Positions 32,421-43,289 are shown, counted from the whole stretch's first letter. The stretch: 63,920 bases of DNA, filler included, from 7 parts of 7 records of this genome joined end to end with filler, not necessarily neighbours in it, one strand, 5' to 3'. The notes: generated by a model from the letters alone, not told the origin. A program made the numbers and translations.

Positions 32421-34499
32421 TTATGGTGCTAATAGTTCGTTTGCAACTGTAAACTTTACGTTGCCGCTTCCAACTCGGGTCTCTACCATAACAATGACCA
32501 AACGGTTATAAGAACCTTCGTACCAATATCCAGCAAACCAAGCTATCTCGTTTGATTTTGTAAAACCAACCTCGGCAGTACCGGTTTTACCTGCAACAAC
32601 AGGACCACTAACACTTACTCTTCTAGCAGTACCCTCGGTAACAACCCTTTTTAATAGTGGGTATACTGTGTTGTAAGTATCTTCGCTAAGAATATTAGCA
32701 TAAACAGTTGCTTCTCTGTTTTCAAGTAGCAGATACTTATCGCCTTTTGTTTGTTTAATTTGCTTTACTAAAATCGGCTGCATCATGTTGCCTGTTTTGT
32801 TAGCATATGCAGTATACATAGATGCTATTTGTATGGGTGTTATCAAAAGTTGACCTTGTCCGTAACCGACGTCCGCTAAAAGCCTTGAATACCATTCTTG
32901 CGAATCGTTTATTATATTTGATTTCTTTATAGGAACATCAAAAGGAATTTCTTGCTCAAAACCGGCGCTTTCTAAGTATGCTTGCATGTTTTCAGAACCA
33001 GTTTTAAGTGCTGCCCAAGCAAAGTAGATGTTGTCAGAATGAATCATGGCATCATCAAAATGTATAGGCCAACCAGCGCTGCCGCCCGCTCTAGAAATAG
33101 GTGGCGAGTTCCAACCTTTAATACTAGGATACCATTTGTTATCGCTTATATTTTCTCTAAATGTAGAGCTAGATGTTATTTTTCCTGATTCTAATGCAGG
33201 TACGATTGAAAATGGCTTCATAAGAGAACCTGGTGGGTATAAACCTTTTGTTGCTCTATCATACAGTGGGCTATTAGATGATGCATCTGTAAGCTCGCTC
33301 CATGTTTTATCTGAAACAGGAAAGTTGAAAATGTTGTTATCAAAAGATGGATAACTTGCCATAGCTTCAACTTCTCCAGTGCTTGCATTCATAACAATTG
33401 CAACACCAGATTGATGAGATCTAAAAGATTTTTCCATTACATTATATGCTTTTTCCTGTAACTCCATATCAATGCTAAGAATCAAATCCTGACCCTGCTG
33501 TACGGGTTCCTCGTACAAAATCTCTTTCATATTGCCCCATTTATCGGCTATATAGATGATTAATCCGTTTTTGCCTTTTAGCTCTTCTTCATAGGCAAGC
33601 TCAAGACCAGTTTTACCTACATATGAATCACTGGTATAGTCTTGATCTTCACTTTCTAAAAGTTGTTGCTCAGTTATTGGACCCATATAGCCAAGTGTAT
33701 GAGATATGATCTCTTTATATGGATATGTTCTTATTGGCGCATAATTTTTTTTATCTATGCCTATACCGTCAAAGGATAAAATAAACTCCGTTTGCTCCTC
33801 GTCAAAATAATCCTTTGGAAATGTGTTTAGTATCATTATGTTACTGTTTCCGTTTTTATCATTAAGGTTGAGGCCTTTGTTGAATATTTTATATATATCA
33901 GCTTCGCTAGTACTGATTAGACTCGAAAGCTCTTTAGAAACCTCTAAAATGTTTTTTACTTTAGCTGCCTCCATATAAACGGCAGTACCAAAATCATTTT
34001 TTGCGAGTAGTTTTCCGTTTCTATCAAATATTTCGCCTCTAGTTGGGTAGATGGTCTCTATATAGAGTCTGTCCTGATACTCCATAGAAGGGAATATCAA
34101 AGATTGATCCCAATCAACGTAATCAACGCCTTTGGCTGTTTTTATTTTTATTTCGAAATCATAGGTGTATGTTCCATATTCTTTTGTAACATAGGATAGG
34201 GTGTAATTATAAAATTTTCCAAAAGAATCTTCGGTGATTAAAACATCAGTTATCTTAACATCGGTTATTTCAAGTGCATCAAAAATAACAGTATATTTAT
34301 CTATAAATTCCTGTTTCGCTAAAGAATCATTATCATATGGCCAAATATGCTCATACGCGGTTTCAAACTCTCTGTTAACAATGTGCCCTAAAAAAACATC
34401 TGCAACAGTTTCGCTGTTTTTTTTAGAACATGATAATATTGGCAATGATAGAGTTAATACTATGATGATAATAACGTATCTTTTAATAATTGAATTCAA
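32421..34499 (-). CDS. Class B penicillin-binding protein with NTF2-like (MecA_N) domain, probable lipoprotein
   Basis: Lipobox ILSC, RGEIFDRNG, PGSLMK (SxxK), SDNIYF (SxN), GKTGTAE. Confidence 0.88.
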   Translation of the reverse strand: MNSIIKRYVIIIIVLTLSLPILSCSKKNSETVADVFLGHIVNREFETAYEHIWPYDNDSLAKQEFIDKYTVIFDALEITDVKITDVLITEDSFGKFYNYTLSYVTKEYGTYTYDFEIKIKTAKGVDYVDWDQSLIFPSMEYQDRLYIETIYPTRGEIFDRNGKLLAKNDFGTAVYMEAAKVKNILEVSKELSSLISTSEADIYKIFNKGLNLNDKNGNSNIMILNTFPKDYFDEEQTEFILSFDGIGIDKKNYAPIRTYPYKEIISHTLGYMGPITEQQLLESEDQDYTSDSYVGKTGLELAYEEELKGKNGLIIYIADKWGNMKEILYEEPVQQGQDLILSIDMELQEKAYNVMEKSFRSHQSGVAIVMNASTGEVEAMASYPSFDNNIFNFPVSDKTWSELTDASSNSPLYDRATKGLYPPGSLMKPFSIVPALESGKITSSSTFRENISDNKWYPSIKGWNSPPISRAGGSAGWPIHFDDAMIHSDNIYFAWAALKTGSENMQAYLESAGFEQEIPFDVPIKKSNIINDSQEWYSRLLADVGYGQGQLLITPIQIASMYTAYANKTGNMMQPILVKQIKQTKGDKYLLLENREATVYANILSEDTYNTVYPLLKRVVTEGTARRVSVSGPVVAGKTGTAEVGFTKSNEIAWFAGYWYEGSYNRLVIVMVETRVGSGNVKFTVANELLAP

Positions 34500-34649
34500 A
34501 AGTAAAGACCCCTAACGATTAAGCTTAGTTTTCCTATTATATATAATTTAGCTTATTTTGACTAGTACTATTATACTTTGCTATGTAAGACAATGTAAAG
34601 TTAACTTAATAAAAAAATAAAAATAATATAACAAATTTGTTACAAATGT

Positions 34650-34678
34650 TTGACAAACAATAATGTTTAGTATATAAT
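34650..34678 (+). promoter_or_regulatory. Consensus sigma70/SigA promoter
   Basis: TTGACA (34650-34655), 17-nt spacer, TATAAT (34673-34678), upstream of the ORF at 34705. Confidence 0.8.
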
Positions 34679-34704
34679 GTGTAACATAAGGTAACAACTT
34701 AAAC

Positions 34705-34853
34705 ATGGATATGAAACAAAGAAATTCAAGATATTCGTATAAGTTGAAAAACAGATTGGGTTTTAAAACAAGACTTAAACTAAGCCTTAGAAAAGTTAAG
34801 CTGTATATAAGCAGTTGGTTATATAAGCTAAATAAACGTGGCAACAAATTTTT
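34705..34853 (+). CDS. Hypothetical protein, basic N-terminal fragment
   Basis: Open frame from the ATG to the contig end, behind a consensus promoter. Confidence 0.45.
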
Positions 34854-34953
34854 NNNNNNNNNNNNNNNNNNNNNNNNNNNNNNNNNNNNNNNNNNNNTTA
34901 ATTAATTAANNNNNNNNNNNNNNNNNNNNNNNNNNNNNNNNNNNNNNNNNNNN
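34854..34953. other. Artificial contig linker
   Basis: N44-TTAATTAATTAA-N44. Confidence 0.99.
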
Positions 34954-36474
34954 CCATTTCCAGGTTCGGATCGTTTACATTAATATCTCCATTAAAATAC
35001 GTATCGCTCCAATGACCCGATACTTTTATATTTTTGTATTGGTAGTTATTTAAATCGAGTTTGCTAATCTTGGTGTTAAGTGTTACGTCTATTTTATTTT
35101 CCGCCCCACTCTTTCCGGAAATATCTCCATCTATTGAAACGCTCCCGATTAAATCATCATTTTTCGGAATTAATTCTCCGATATTAAATTCATTTGTTGA
35201 AAGTTTACCACTATACTCTATAAAATCATTTCCAGAAGGCCGAAACAACAAGTCGGTAGAAATTGAACCCAGACTTGTATTAAAAGTACCGTAGGTAACA
35301 AAATCATCAACAAACCCTGTAAAACTACCTTTAAACTTTATTCTTCCTAAACTCTTTATGTTTTCTGCAAAAGGTTGAATCTCTTGCTTAGATACATTCG
35401 AATAAATTTTCTCGACGGCATATGGGGTTGTAAGTAAGTTATCTACATTTAAGTGAATAAAAGCGGTACTAAAATCTGGCAAGCCGTTAATACTGAAATT
35501 AGCTGCAACATATGAATCTCTGCCAATTCTAAGTATAATGTCTTTTCCCTTAAGATTTCCCAGACGTCCTGTTAATTCACCAAATAAATTAATTCTATCA
35601 TTGAATGAATAAAAACTACGCGAGAAATACGCTATATCCCTGGAATAGAAATCTCCTTCTGTAAGTTTAATATTGAGTTTTACTTTATTGTAAAGGGTAG
35701 TCTTATTAAAATCTTTAAACGTATCGAATGAGAAATGGACCATTCCTGTTTTGAGCTTTGAATCTTTTGTTTCAAAACTTAAATCATCAAAATTCATGTA
35801 GCTCCTGCCAACTCCCATATGGGAATTAAAATCTTTTAAACTGAAACCTGTTTTTTCGTCAAAAGACATTGATTTAATATTGAAGTTCACATCACCTTCT
35901 TCAATTTGAAGGTCGCTAACATCAACATTAAAATTCCTTAAATGCAGATCCGAAAAATTAATTCTTCTATAAACCTCGCGATCCAAATCATCGCTAAGTG
36001 TAAATTGAGAATCTTCTATAGTGATATTATTAATGGATAGTTTCAGCCTTTCCTCTTTGGATTTATTTTTACTGTTTTTTTTAAGCTCATCAACAATAAA
36101 TTTAATGTTGATGATTTTATCATCTATTCTAAAATCTATTTTTGAGTTCTGTAATTTTATCCTTTGTATTTCGAGGATTCTTTTTTCTGACTAAATCTTT
36201 TGATGTTTATTGTTAATTCCTCGGCAAAAAGAAGGGTATCCTTATTTAAATCTTCTAAATAAAAATCTTTTAAAATAAGTTTATTAAACAAACCAACATT
36301 TGCCTCCTTGAAACTAATTTTGGTTTGTAAATTCTCAGAAAGTTCTGAAGTTAATTTTTGGACTAAAACATTTTGAAGTTTGGAATTTTGGAGCAGAACA
36401 TAGCCTATAGCTGGCATTGCGGCAATCCCAAGCAATACAAACAATACGATTTTATATATCTTTTTTCTCTTCAA
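34954..36474 (-). CDS. tamB: TamB/AsmA-like translocation and assembly module protein (N-terminal part); frameshifted at about 36181-36186
   Basis: N-terminal TM, LEDLNKDTLL and beta-rich repeats. The two ORFs join with one extra A in the A6 run. Divergent from tsaD, as is common in Bacteroidota. Confidence 0.78.
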
Positions 36475-36595
36475 AATAGAGTTTTATACTAATTTCTCAA
36501 AAATTAAACCATTTTTGCAAATTGATTATAAATCAATATGTACTGGCGTAACAACGTAAAAGAAACAAAAATAGTTTAATTATCACAGGTTAAAA

Positions 36596-37612
36596 ATGAG
36601 TATTACAATTTTAGGTATAGAGTCTTCTTGCGACGATACATCAGCAGCAATTATTCAGGATAAAGTATTGCTATCGAATGTTATCGCAAGTCAGAATGTG
36701 CATAAAGAATATGGAGGAGTTGTACCCGAACTTGCATCAAGGGCTCATCAGCAAAATATTATTCCGGTTGTGGAAAAAGCAATAAAAGATTCGGGCCTCT
36801 CAAAAAACGACCTTGACGCCATCGCTTTCACCAGGGGCCCGGGATTACTTGGTTCGTTACTTGTTGGCACTTCCTTTACCAAGGGGTTATCCATGGCATT
36901 GGATCTTCCCATGATTGAGGTTAATCATTTACAGGCGCACGTATTATCAAATTACATTATCGATAAAGGAGTTGAGAAAAATTATCCAGCTTTGCCATTT
37001 TTATGTTTATTAGTTTCCGGAGGCCATTCCCAAATTGTTTTGGTTAAAGATTACCTGGACATGGAAATTATTGGACAAACAATTGATGATGCAGCAGGAG
37101 AAGCATTTGACAAATGTGCAAAAGTGATGAACTTGCCTTATCCGGGCGGCCCTATTGTTGATAAATTAGCCAAGGAAGGAGAACCAAAATTTACTTTCTC
37201 AAAACCACGAATTGAAAATCTTGATTATAGCTTTAGCGGCTTAAAAACTTCATTTTTATATTTCTTAAGAGATAGTATAAAAATAAATCCGAATTTCATT
37301 GAAGAAAACAAGGCTGATTTATGTGCTTCTCTGCAAAAAACCATAATTGATATTTTGTTGGACAAACTAATTATTGCAGCAGAAAAACATAATATTAAAG
37401 AACTTGCAATTGCTGGTGGCGTTTCTGCCAATTCAGGACTTAGGGATAGAATGATTAATGAAGGTAAAAAAAGGGGTTGGAATGTTTATATCCCTCCTAT
37501 TAAATTCTCGACAGACAATGCAGCAATGATAGCAATTACAGGCTATTACAAATATCAAACAAAAGATTTTATCGAGTTAGATGTTGTTCCTTCAGCTCGC
37601 ATGAAATTCTAA
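36596..37612 (+). CDS. tsaD: tRNA N6-threonylcarbamoyladenosine transferase
   Basis: GIESSCDDT, GGVVPELASRAH, NHLQAH, VSGGH, DDAAGEAFDK, TDNAAMI. Confidence 0.96.
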   Translation: MSITILGIESSCDDTSAAIIQDKVLLSNVIASQNVHKEYGGVVPELASRAHQQNIIPVVEKAIKDSGLSKNDLDAIAFTRGPGLLGSLLVGTSFTKGLSMALDLPMIEVNHLQAHVLSNYIIDKGVEKNYPALPFLCLLVSGGHSQIVLVKDYLDMEIIGQTIDDAAGEAFDKCAKVMNLPYPGGPIVDKLAKEGEPKFTFSKPRIENLDYSFSGLKTSFLYFLRDSIKINPNFIEENKADLCASLQKTIIDILLDKLIIAAEKHNIKELAIAGGVSANSGLRDRMINEGKKRGWNVYIPPIKFSTDNAAMIAITGYYKYQTKDFIELDVVPSARMKF

Positions 37613-37821
37613 TTTATATGAATACATTCCTAATAAATGAGCGTAAAGATTGAGATTTCGATTGAACAAACTGTGGATAAATTTCTTGAATACAGGAATA
37701 AAAATTTATGTTCAAGTTAAAATATATTATTATAGTTTATATCTTTAAGTTTTTATAGCGTTTATTTTAAAGCTAAAATTGGAAATTTTGATAAACATAA
37801 ATATCCGATCAAAAAAGTAAA

Positions 37822-38196
37822 ATGGAGAACCTAATTATAGAAAGCACTAAGAAAACTCCTGAAGTAAACTTCACTACTGATGGGAAGATTAGGCTCAGTG
37901 GGCGCTCCATACCCGAGGATGCATCAAAATTTTATGAAACGCTCTATGAATGGGTTTATTATTACTGCCAAAATCCATCAGACACTACCATAATTGATAT
38001 TGACCTTGAATATTTTAACAGCGGCTCTTCCAAGTCTATTTTACACATTTTAAGGGCACTGGTAGATATTTCTAAAAAAGACCATAAGATTACCATTAAC
38101 TGGTACTACGAAGAAGGAGATGACGATATTATGGAACGTGGTGAATACTACGAGTCAATCCTTGAGATAAAATTTAACTTTATTGAAACGGAATAG
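37822..38196 (+). CDS. SiaC/DUF1987 family regulatory protein
   Basis: TKKTPEVNF, SGRSIPED, LEYFNSGSSK, INWYYEEGDDDI.E.GE. Confidence 0.85.
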   Translation: MENLIIESTKKTPEVNFTTDGKIRLSGRSIPEDASKFYETLYEWVYYYCQNPSDTTIIDIDLEYFNSGSSKSILHILRALVDISKKDHKITINWYYEEGDDDIMERGEYYESILEIKFNFIETE

Positions 38197-38201
38197 GTTA
38201 C

Positions 38202-39317
38202 CTATTTCACCTTTTTATTTTTCCTTATCAAAAATAAGTTTCTAATTTTCCCGAATGTAACAGCGTGCCGCTGGGTTCCCCTGGTATCGAGCAAGTATGC
38301 GTAGGGTTCGAAACGCTCTATATTTAGAATAATAATTTTAAACATGGCCAGGAATGGAATAACTACAAGCATTCCGGGTATCCCCCACAGCATGGCAGCA
38401 AGTATTAAGCTGAGAATGATAAATAATGGTGAAATTTTCACATTATACCCTACAATATTTGGTGTTAGAATATTATTTTCTAAAAATTGAATAGCTCCAA
38501 ATAGTATCAAAACACGTAATGCGAGTAATGGAGAATCTCCTGTTAATAATGCAAATGCCAAAGGAATGGAACCGCCAATCAATGTTCCAAAATAGGGGAT
38601 AAAATTGCAAATAGCAGACACAACACCCAGAATTAGTGCATATTCCACACCTATCAATCTTAACCCTAACGAATTTACAACACAAAGAATAAGAACAACA
38701 GTAGCTACACCAAGCATATACCTGCTTGCAATTGTTGAGATATCTTTTAAAATTTTAACAGTTACTTCTCTCTTATCCTTTTTTACAATCTTTAATATGA
38801 AATAAGCAAACTTAGTTCTATAATAGAGAAACAAGAATATATAGACAGGTAGGATACCTATTTTAAATAATGTCCCGGTTGTTGCCGAAAGAAAAAAGTT
38901 TAAGGAACGTCGCCCCGATTCAAAAATTGTATCTACAATCTCTTTTAGAAACAACTCGAATTTATCATCTGCAATGCCGAATGTTGCTTCAATTGAGCTT
39001 ACCAATAATTCTATATTTTCAATGGCTTTCCTTCTTAACGACGGAAAATCTTCAAGCAGTACAGATAGTTGCTTGTAGAGAAAAAACATGGTAAAAAACA
39101 CAACGGTTATTGATAAAATAATGCTTAAGAAGATCGAAATAATTCTTGGAAAATTATTCTTCTCCAGAAAATTTGCAACCGGGTAAAGCAAATAGGATAT
39201 TAAAATACCGAAAGTTATTGGGTACAGGAAGTTTTTAGCAACTATTATTCCATAAACGGATAAAATAATTGCCAGTAATGTGAACGTATACCTCGCTATA
39301 AATGGCAGCTTTTGCAT
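38202..39317 (-). CDS. AI-2E family transporter
   Basis: YLLYP, NFIPYFG, QFLENNILTP.IVG, WGIPGM. Confidence 0.9.
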   Translation of the reverse strand: MQKLPFIARYTFTLLAIILSVYGIIVAKNFLYPITFGILISYLLYPVANFLEKNNFPRIISIFLSIILSITVVFFTMFFLYKQLSVLLEDFPSLRRKAIENIELLVSSIEATFGIADDKFELFLKEIVDTIFESGRRSLNFFLSATTGTLFKIGILPVYIFLFLYYRTKFAYFILKIVKKDKREVTVKILKDISTIASRYMLGVATVVLILCVVNSLGLRLIGVEYALILGVVSAICNFIPYFGTLIGGSIPLAFALLTGDSPLLALRVLILFGAIQFLENNILTPNIVGYNVKISPLFIILSLILAAMLWGIPGMLVVIPFLAMFKIIILNIERFEPYAYLLDTRGTQRHAVTFGKIRNLFLIRKNKKVK

Positions 39318-39356
39318 TAATCATAATTGTACTAACCCGTGTGATAAACAACAAAA

Positions 39357-39773
39357 CTAATTCATTGTTTGCCCTCTTTCTTTTGCACGCAAATATTTTT
39401 CCCAGCGGTCTTTCATATCGTTATACAAAACGCCCTGAGCAATTTTTCCTGTCTCCTCGTCAATCTCTCTGGCATAGTGAATTTTCCCCTTTAGAACGAT
39501 AAATTTAACAGATCGCTCGCCTGATTTACCAATTGTTCTATGCGCATAAAATTCGAACATGCTGGGATCTCTTTCATCTAATGCAAAATATTCTTTATCG
39601 TTTACCTTCAAAGGAATTTTTAACATCATTAACTCCTTGTGGACATCTTGCGCCAATCCCTGGATATTTAATGGCATACTTGGAACTTTTTTAGGTTTGT
39701 ATGATTGGCCTTCTGCATATTGTCCAAATGCTGCAATTAACGTAAATACGAATATTATCCTAATAACTTTCAT
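39357..39773 (-). CDS. Hypothetical exported protein
   Basis: 138-aa ORF with a signal peptide; no family recognised. Confidence 0.6.
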   Translation of the reverse strand: MKVIRIIFVFTLIAAFGQYAEGQSYKPKKVPSMPLNIQGLAQDVHKELMMLKIPLKVNDKEYFALDERDPSMFEFYAHRTIGKSGERSVKFIVLKGKIHYAREIDEETGKIAQGVLYNDMKDRWEKYLRAKERGQTMN

Positions 39774-39881
39774 GTCTTAATTTCTTAATTTAACGTTTAT
39801 TGAAATTACAAAAATCATTGCTCAAATTAAAACGAACTGAAAATTATTTTTCATCAAGATTAGATGCTAAAGAACAACTTG

Positions 39882-40352
39882 CTATTTCGTTGATATTCGT
39901 TTGATGGAATTATTGAACAGGGAAAAATCAATCCCATTTCGAACAAACACAGACTCAACCCCAAGATTTCCAACCTCTTCGATGTTTCGGAACTCGTCAT
40001 CGAAAAATAACATCTTGTTGTATGGAATTTTTGTTTCCGCATTTAACCTATTGAAATGTTTCACCTTACTGCTTGGGTAAATTTCTTTGTAATCGAAATA
40101 TTTATCTAAATCGAACAGATTGAGTAATTCATTGGCCCAGGATGGCTGAGATGTTCTTGATGCTATTGCAATGGGAATAGATTGAGAGCGTAACGTTTCC
40201 AGAATATTTTTCACATCATTATACAGTCGAATTACCAATCCATTATCATCTAACACAACTCCATTCTTTTTATAATAGGGAGGATCGGTATGATCGCACC
40301 ATGTTCCGCCACAATCCCACAGCGTAAAATCTAAATCAAATACAACGAGCAT
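39882..40352 (-). CDS. Magnesium-dependent phosphatase-1 (HAD IIIC)
   Basis: VFDLDFTLW, ASRT, EIYPSSK..HF, LFFDDE.RN. Confidence 0.9.
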   Translation of the reverse strand: MLVVFDLDFTLWDCGGTWCDHTDPPYYKKNGVVLDDNGLVIRLYNDVKNILETLRSQSIPIAIASRTSQPSWANELLNLFDLDKYFDYKEIYPSSKVKHFNRLNAETKIPYNKMLFFDDEFRNIEEVGNLGVESVFVRNGIDFSLFNNSIKRISTK

Positions 40353-40355
40353 CTT

Positions 40356-41705
40356 TTAAAATGTTAAGGTGAAAATTGTTTCTTTATCCGGCTCTGAGTA
40401 TGCCGAAATTGTTCCATTGTGCAAGCGCATTATTTGTCTTGATAGACTTAACCCAATGCCTGAACCAGATTGTTTGGTGGTAAAGAATGGAATAAAAATT
40501 TTATCTAATACATCTTTTAAAATCCCTTGTCCATTATCAACAACTTGAATGTTTAACCTTCCCCGTTTATTGAGATATGCTTTTAGCTCTATAAAAGCAC
40601 TTTCCCTTCCTTTTAACGCATGCACAGAATTTTTCAGTAAATTGATTATTACCTGTTCTATTAGTTGCTCATCGGCATTAAACTTGATTTCTTCCGGTTC
40701 AATGCTAACCCGAAAATCAATATTCTGTCCAAGAATTTCTTCTTCCATTAAAAGTTTAATATTCTTAAACAGTTCACTTACAGAAGCAATTTTAAAATTA
40801 GGTTTTGGGATTCGTGTTAGATTCCTATATGTATTTACAAAATGCAATAAACCGGTACTCCTTTTATTAATGGTTTGCAGTGCCTGTTGTATTTCCAGAA
40901 CAGTTTCTTTATCCAGCTCATCTTCTTCATTCTCGTTAACTGCGCCTTTTAACATCAAGTCTAATGTTGATGACAATGAAGCAATGGGTGTAATGGAGTT
41001 CATGATTTCATGTGTTAACACACGGATAAGTTTTTGCCACGCCTCTGTCTCTTGTTCCTCCAACACATTTTGGATATTTGTAATGGTAGCAAGGGTAACT
41101 ATTTTGGTTCTTATCTTTAGCTCTGTTGTATATATTTTTAGATGCAATAAATCGTCCTCATCCCAGACTTTCACAAGGCAATTCTCACCAGGTTTAACCT
41201 CAAACAGGTTTTTTACCAAATCTTCACTAAATGATTTAAGCCCGTTAATATTTTTAAGAGAACTCACCAAAAACATCTTTTTAGCTGCTTTATTAATCAT
41301 CTCGATTTCTCCATCCTGTTGAAAAGCAATAATACTTACATCAATATTTTGTACAATGCTCTGCAGGTAATGAAAATGCTCTTCTTTTTCAGAACGAACG
41401 TCTTGAAAATCTTTTATAACATCGTTGAAAGCTTTGTTAAGCTCATCGAACGAACGCCCCATACCTTCTATCTGGAACGAACGGGTAAATTCGGAGAACC
41501 TGATGGATTCGAGAAAACTGGTTAATTCCCTGTTGGTTCTATCTATAAGCTGAAATAGCATAACCATTTGAATTAAAACAGCAATGCCGATTAGAAAAGG
41601 AGTAATAAAAAATTCTATTTCCAATGAAATAAAGAATAGAAAAATGGTTGCAACCAGAATTACTATCCGAATAATGCTATTAATCCTAAAGTTTCTAAAG
41701 ACCAT
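40356..41705 (-). CDS. Sensor histidine kinase (NtrY-like)
   Basis: LTHEIMNS (H-box), NLLKNS (N-box), DNGQG, IFIPFFTTK, GSGIGLS. Confidence 0.92.
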   Translation of the reverse strand: MVFRNFRINSIIRIVILVATIFLFFISLEIEFFITPFLIGIAVLIQMVMLFQLIDRTNRELTSFLESIRFSEFTRSFQIEGMGRSFDELNKAFNDVIKDFQDVRSEKEEHFHYLQSIVQNIDVSIIAFQQDGEIEMINKAAKKMFLVSSLKNINGLKSFSEDLVKNLFEVKPGENCLVKVWDEDDLLHLKIYTTELKIRTKIVTLATITNIQNVLEEQETEAWQKLIRVLTHEIMNSITPIASLSSTLDLMLKGAVNENEEDELDKETVLEIQQALQTINKRSTGLLHFVNTYRNLTRIPKPNFKIASVSELFKNIKLLMEEEILGQNIDFRVSIEPEEIKFNADEQLIEQVIINLLKNSVHALKGRESAFIELKAYLNKRGRLNIQVVDNGQGILKDVLDKIFIPFFTTKQSGSGIGLSLSRQIMRLHNGTISAYSEPDKETIFTLTF

Positions 41706-43071
41706 GTTTTTCCATTCTGCGATAAAGCGATGTGCGGGTTAATCCTAGCTCATCTGCTGCTTGCGTTATATTCCCTTGACTCATTTTCAACACCTTCGAG
41801 ATTACATTTTTTTCAATCTCATCTAATTTGAAAGAATTAAAATCTATATCATTATTTTTCTTTCTTGGTGGGCTTAACAAGAAATCTTCGGGTTCTAATT
41901 TATTGTCTTCAGACATAATTACTGCTCTTTCAATTGCGTGTTGAAGCTCACGAACGTTTCCTGGCCAAGAATATTGATTTAATTTTTTAATAGCAGCAGC
42001 AGATATCCCTTTAATTGGTTTTCTATATTTTTTCACATAAATTTTTAAGAAATGCTCTGAAAGCACGGTAACATCACCTGTTCTTTCGCGCAATGGAGGC
42101 AAATGAATTTCAACAGTATTTATCCTATACAGTAAATCTTGCCTGTATTTTTCTTCGGCCACCATTTCATGTATATCGTTGTTTGTTGCGCATATTAAGC
42201 GAACATCGATTGGTTTTGGCCGCGTAGCTCCAACCCTGGTAACCTCTCTTCTTTCAATAACGGTAAGTAACTTTTGTTGCATTGTTAATGATAAGTTACC
42301 AATCTCATCTAAAAACAAGGTTCCACCACTTGCAATTTCGAAACGTCCTGGTTTTTCTTTTTTTGCATCGGTAAATGCACCTTTCTCGTGGCCGAATAAT
42401 TCACTTTCGAAAAGTGTTTCTGCGATTGATCCCAGATCCACGCTGATAAATACCTCATCTTTCCTTGCCGAATTTCTATACAGCGCCCTGGCTACAAGCT
42501 CTTTTCCTGTTCCGTTTTCACCTAAAACCAATACATTTGCATCGGTGGCAGCAACCTTTTTAATGGTTGTAAAAACTTCTTGCATTTCGGGTGAATTACC
42601 TATGAATTCATGAAATGGCTGATCCAGCACAGCGCTTATCTCCTTTTGCTTCGTACGAAGCGTATTTGCTTCAATACGTGAGCGTTTCAATTTAACTGAT
42701 GAAGAAATAGTAGCTAGCAATTTCTCGTTCTGCCAAGGTTTTACAATAAAATCTGTAGCGCCAGCTTTGATTGATTTTACAGCTTTTTCAGCATCACCAT
42801 ATGCAGTAATAAAAACAACTACAGCTTGTGAATCTATTTCCATTATCCGATCAAGCCAATCAAACCCCTCCTGACCACTAATAGCGTCCTTCGTAAAGTT
42901 CATATCAAGCAGTATAACGTCATAATCTTCCTCATCAAGTGCCTGGGGAATTTTATTAGGGGTATTTAACGTTTTAATAAGCTCTACATGAGGCTTTAAA
43001 AGAAGCTTGAGTGCAAATAATATATCTTCATTATCATCTACAGCTAAAATCTTCCCGACTTTTGAACTCAT
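41695..43071 (-). CDS. Sigma54-dependent response regulator (NtrC family)
   Basis: REC domain (VDDN, LLDMN, KPW), GENGTGKE, GAFTDA, FLDEIG, WPGNVREL, Fis-type HTH. Start moved to MSSKVGK at 43071. Confidence 0.93.
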   Translation of the reverse strand: MSSKVGKILAVDDNEDILFALKLLLKPHVELIKTLNTPNKIPQALDEEDYDVILLDMNFTKDAISGQEGFDWLDRIMEIDSQAVVVFITAYGDAEKAVKSIKAGATDFIVKPWQNEKLLATISSSVKLKRSRIEANTLRTKQKEISAVLDQPFHEFIGNSPEMQEVFTTIKKVAATDANVLVLGENGTGKELVARALYRNSARKDEVFISVDLGSIAETLFESELFGHEKGAFTDAKKEKPGRFEIASGGTLFLDEIGNLSLTMQQKLLTVIERREVTRVGATRPKPIDVRLICATNNDIHEMVAEEKYRQDLLYRINTVEIHLPPLRERTGDVTVLSEHFLKIYVKKYRKPIKGISAAAIKKLNQYSWPGNVRELQHAIERAVIMSEDNKLEPEDFLLSPPRKKNNDIDFNSFKLDEIEKNVISKVLKMSQGNITQAADELGLTRTSLYRRMEKHGL

Positions 43072-43215
43072 ATTATATTTTCTCTTTATTAAGATGCTAA
43101 TTTTAAAAACAGTAAAAGTAAAAAAATGCGAAATGTTCGATTTCGTACTATATTTGATATCTGTAAAACACGGCACAAAAATCAAATCAATTAAATATTA
43201 GCATTTTATTGATTA

Positions 43216-43231
43216 TGGCGCAAAAATTGAT
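43216..43231 (+). promoter_or_regulatory. Putative sigma54 (-24/-12) promoter for the ABC/TolC operon
   Basis: TGGCGC-N5-TTGAT, next to a divergent sigma54 activator gene. It has GA rather than GC at -12. Confidence 0.6.
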
Positions 43232-43289
43232 AGTTTTTTGTGTGTAAATAATTTAACTTGAGTTTGACTTTTAACCAATTACATCTATT

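Noticed and set aside
32421-34499. mecA-type resistance gene
   Set aside because: The NTF2-like plus transpeptidase architecture is common among chromosomal Firmicutes PBPs; there is no mecR/mecI or mobile context.
40549-41322. 257-aa antisense ORF inside the histidine kinase, and other shadow ORFs (e.g. 51995-52603, 60961-61419, 27839-28303)
   Set aside because: They overlap well-supported genes on the opposite strand or in another frame and have no recognisable motifs.
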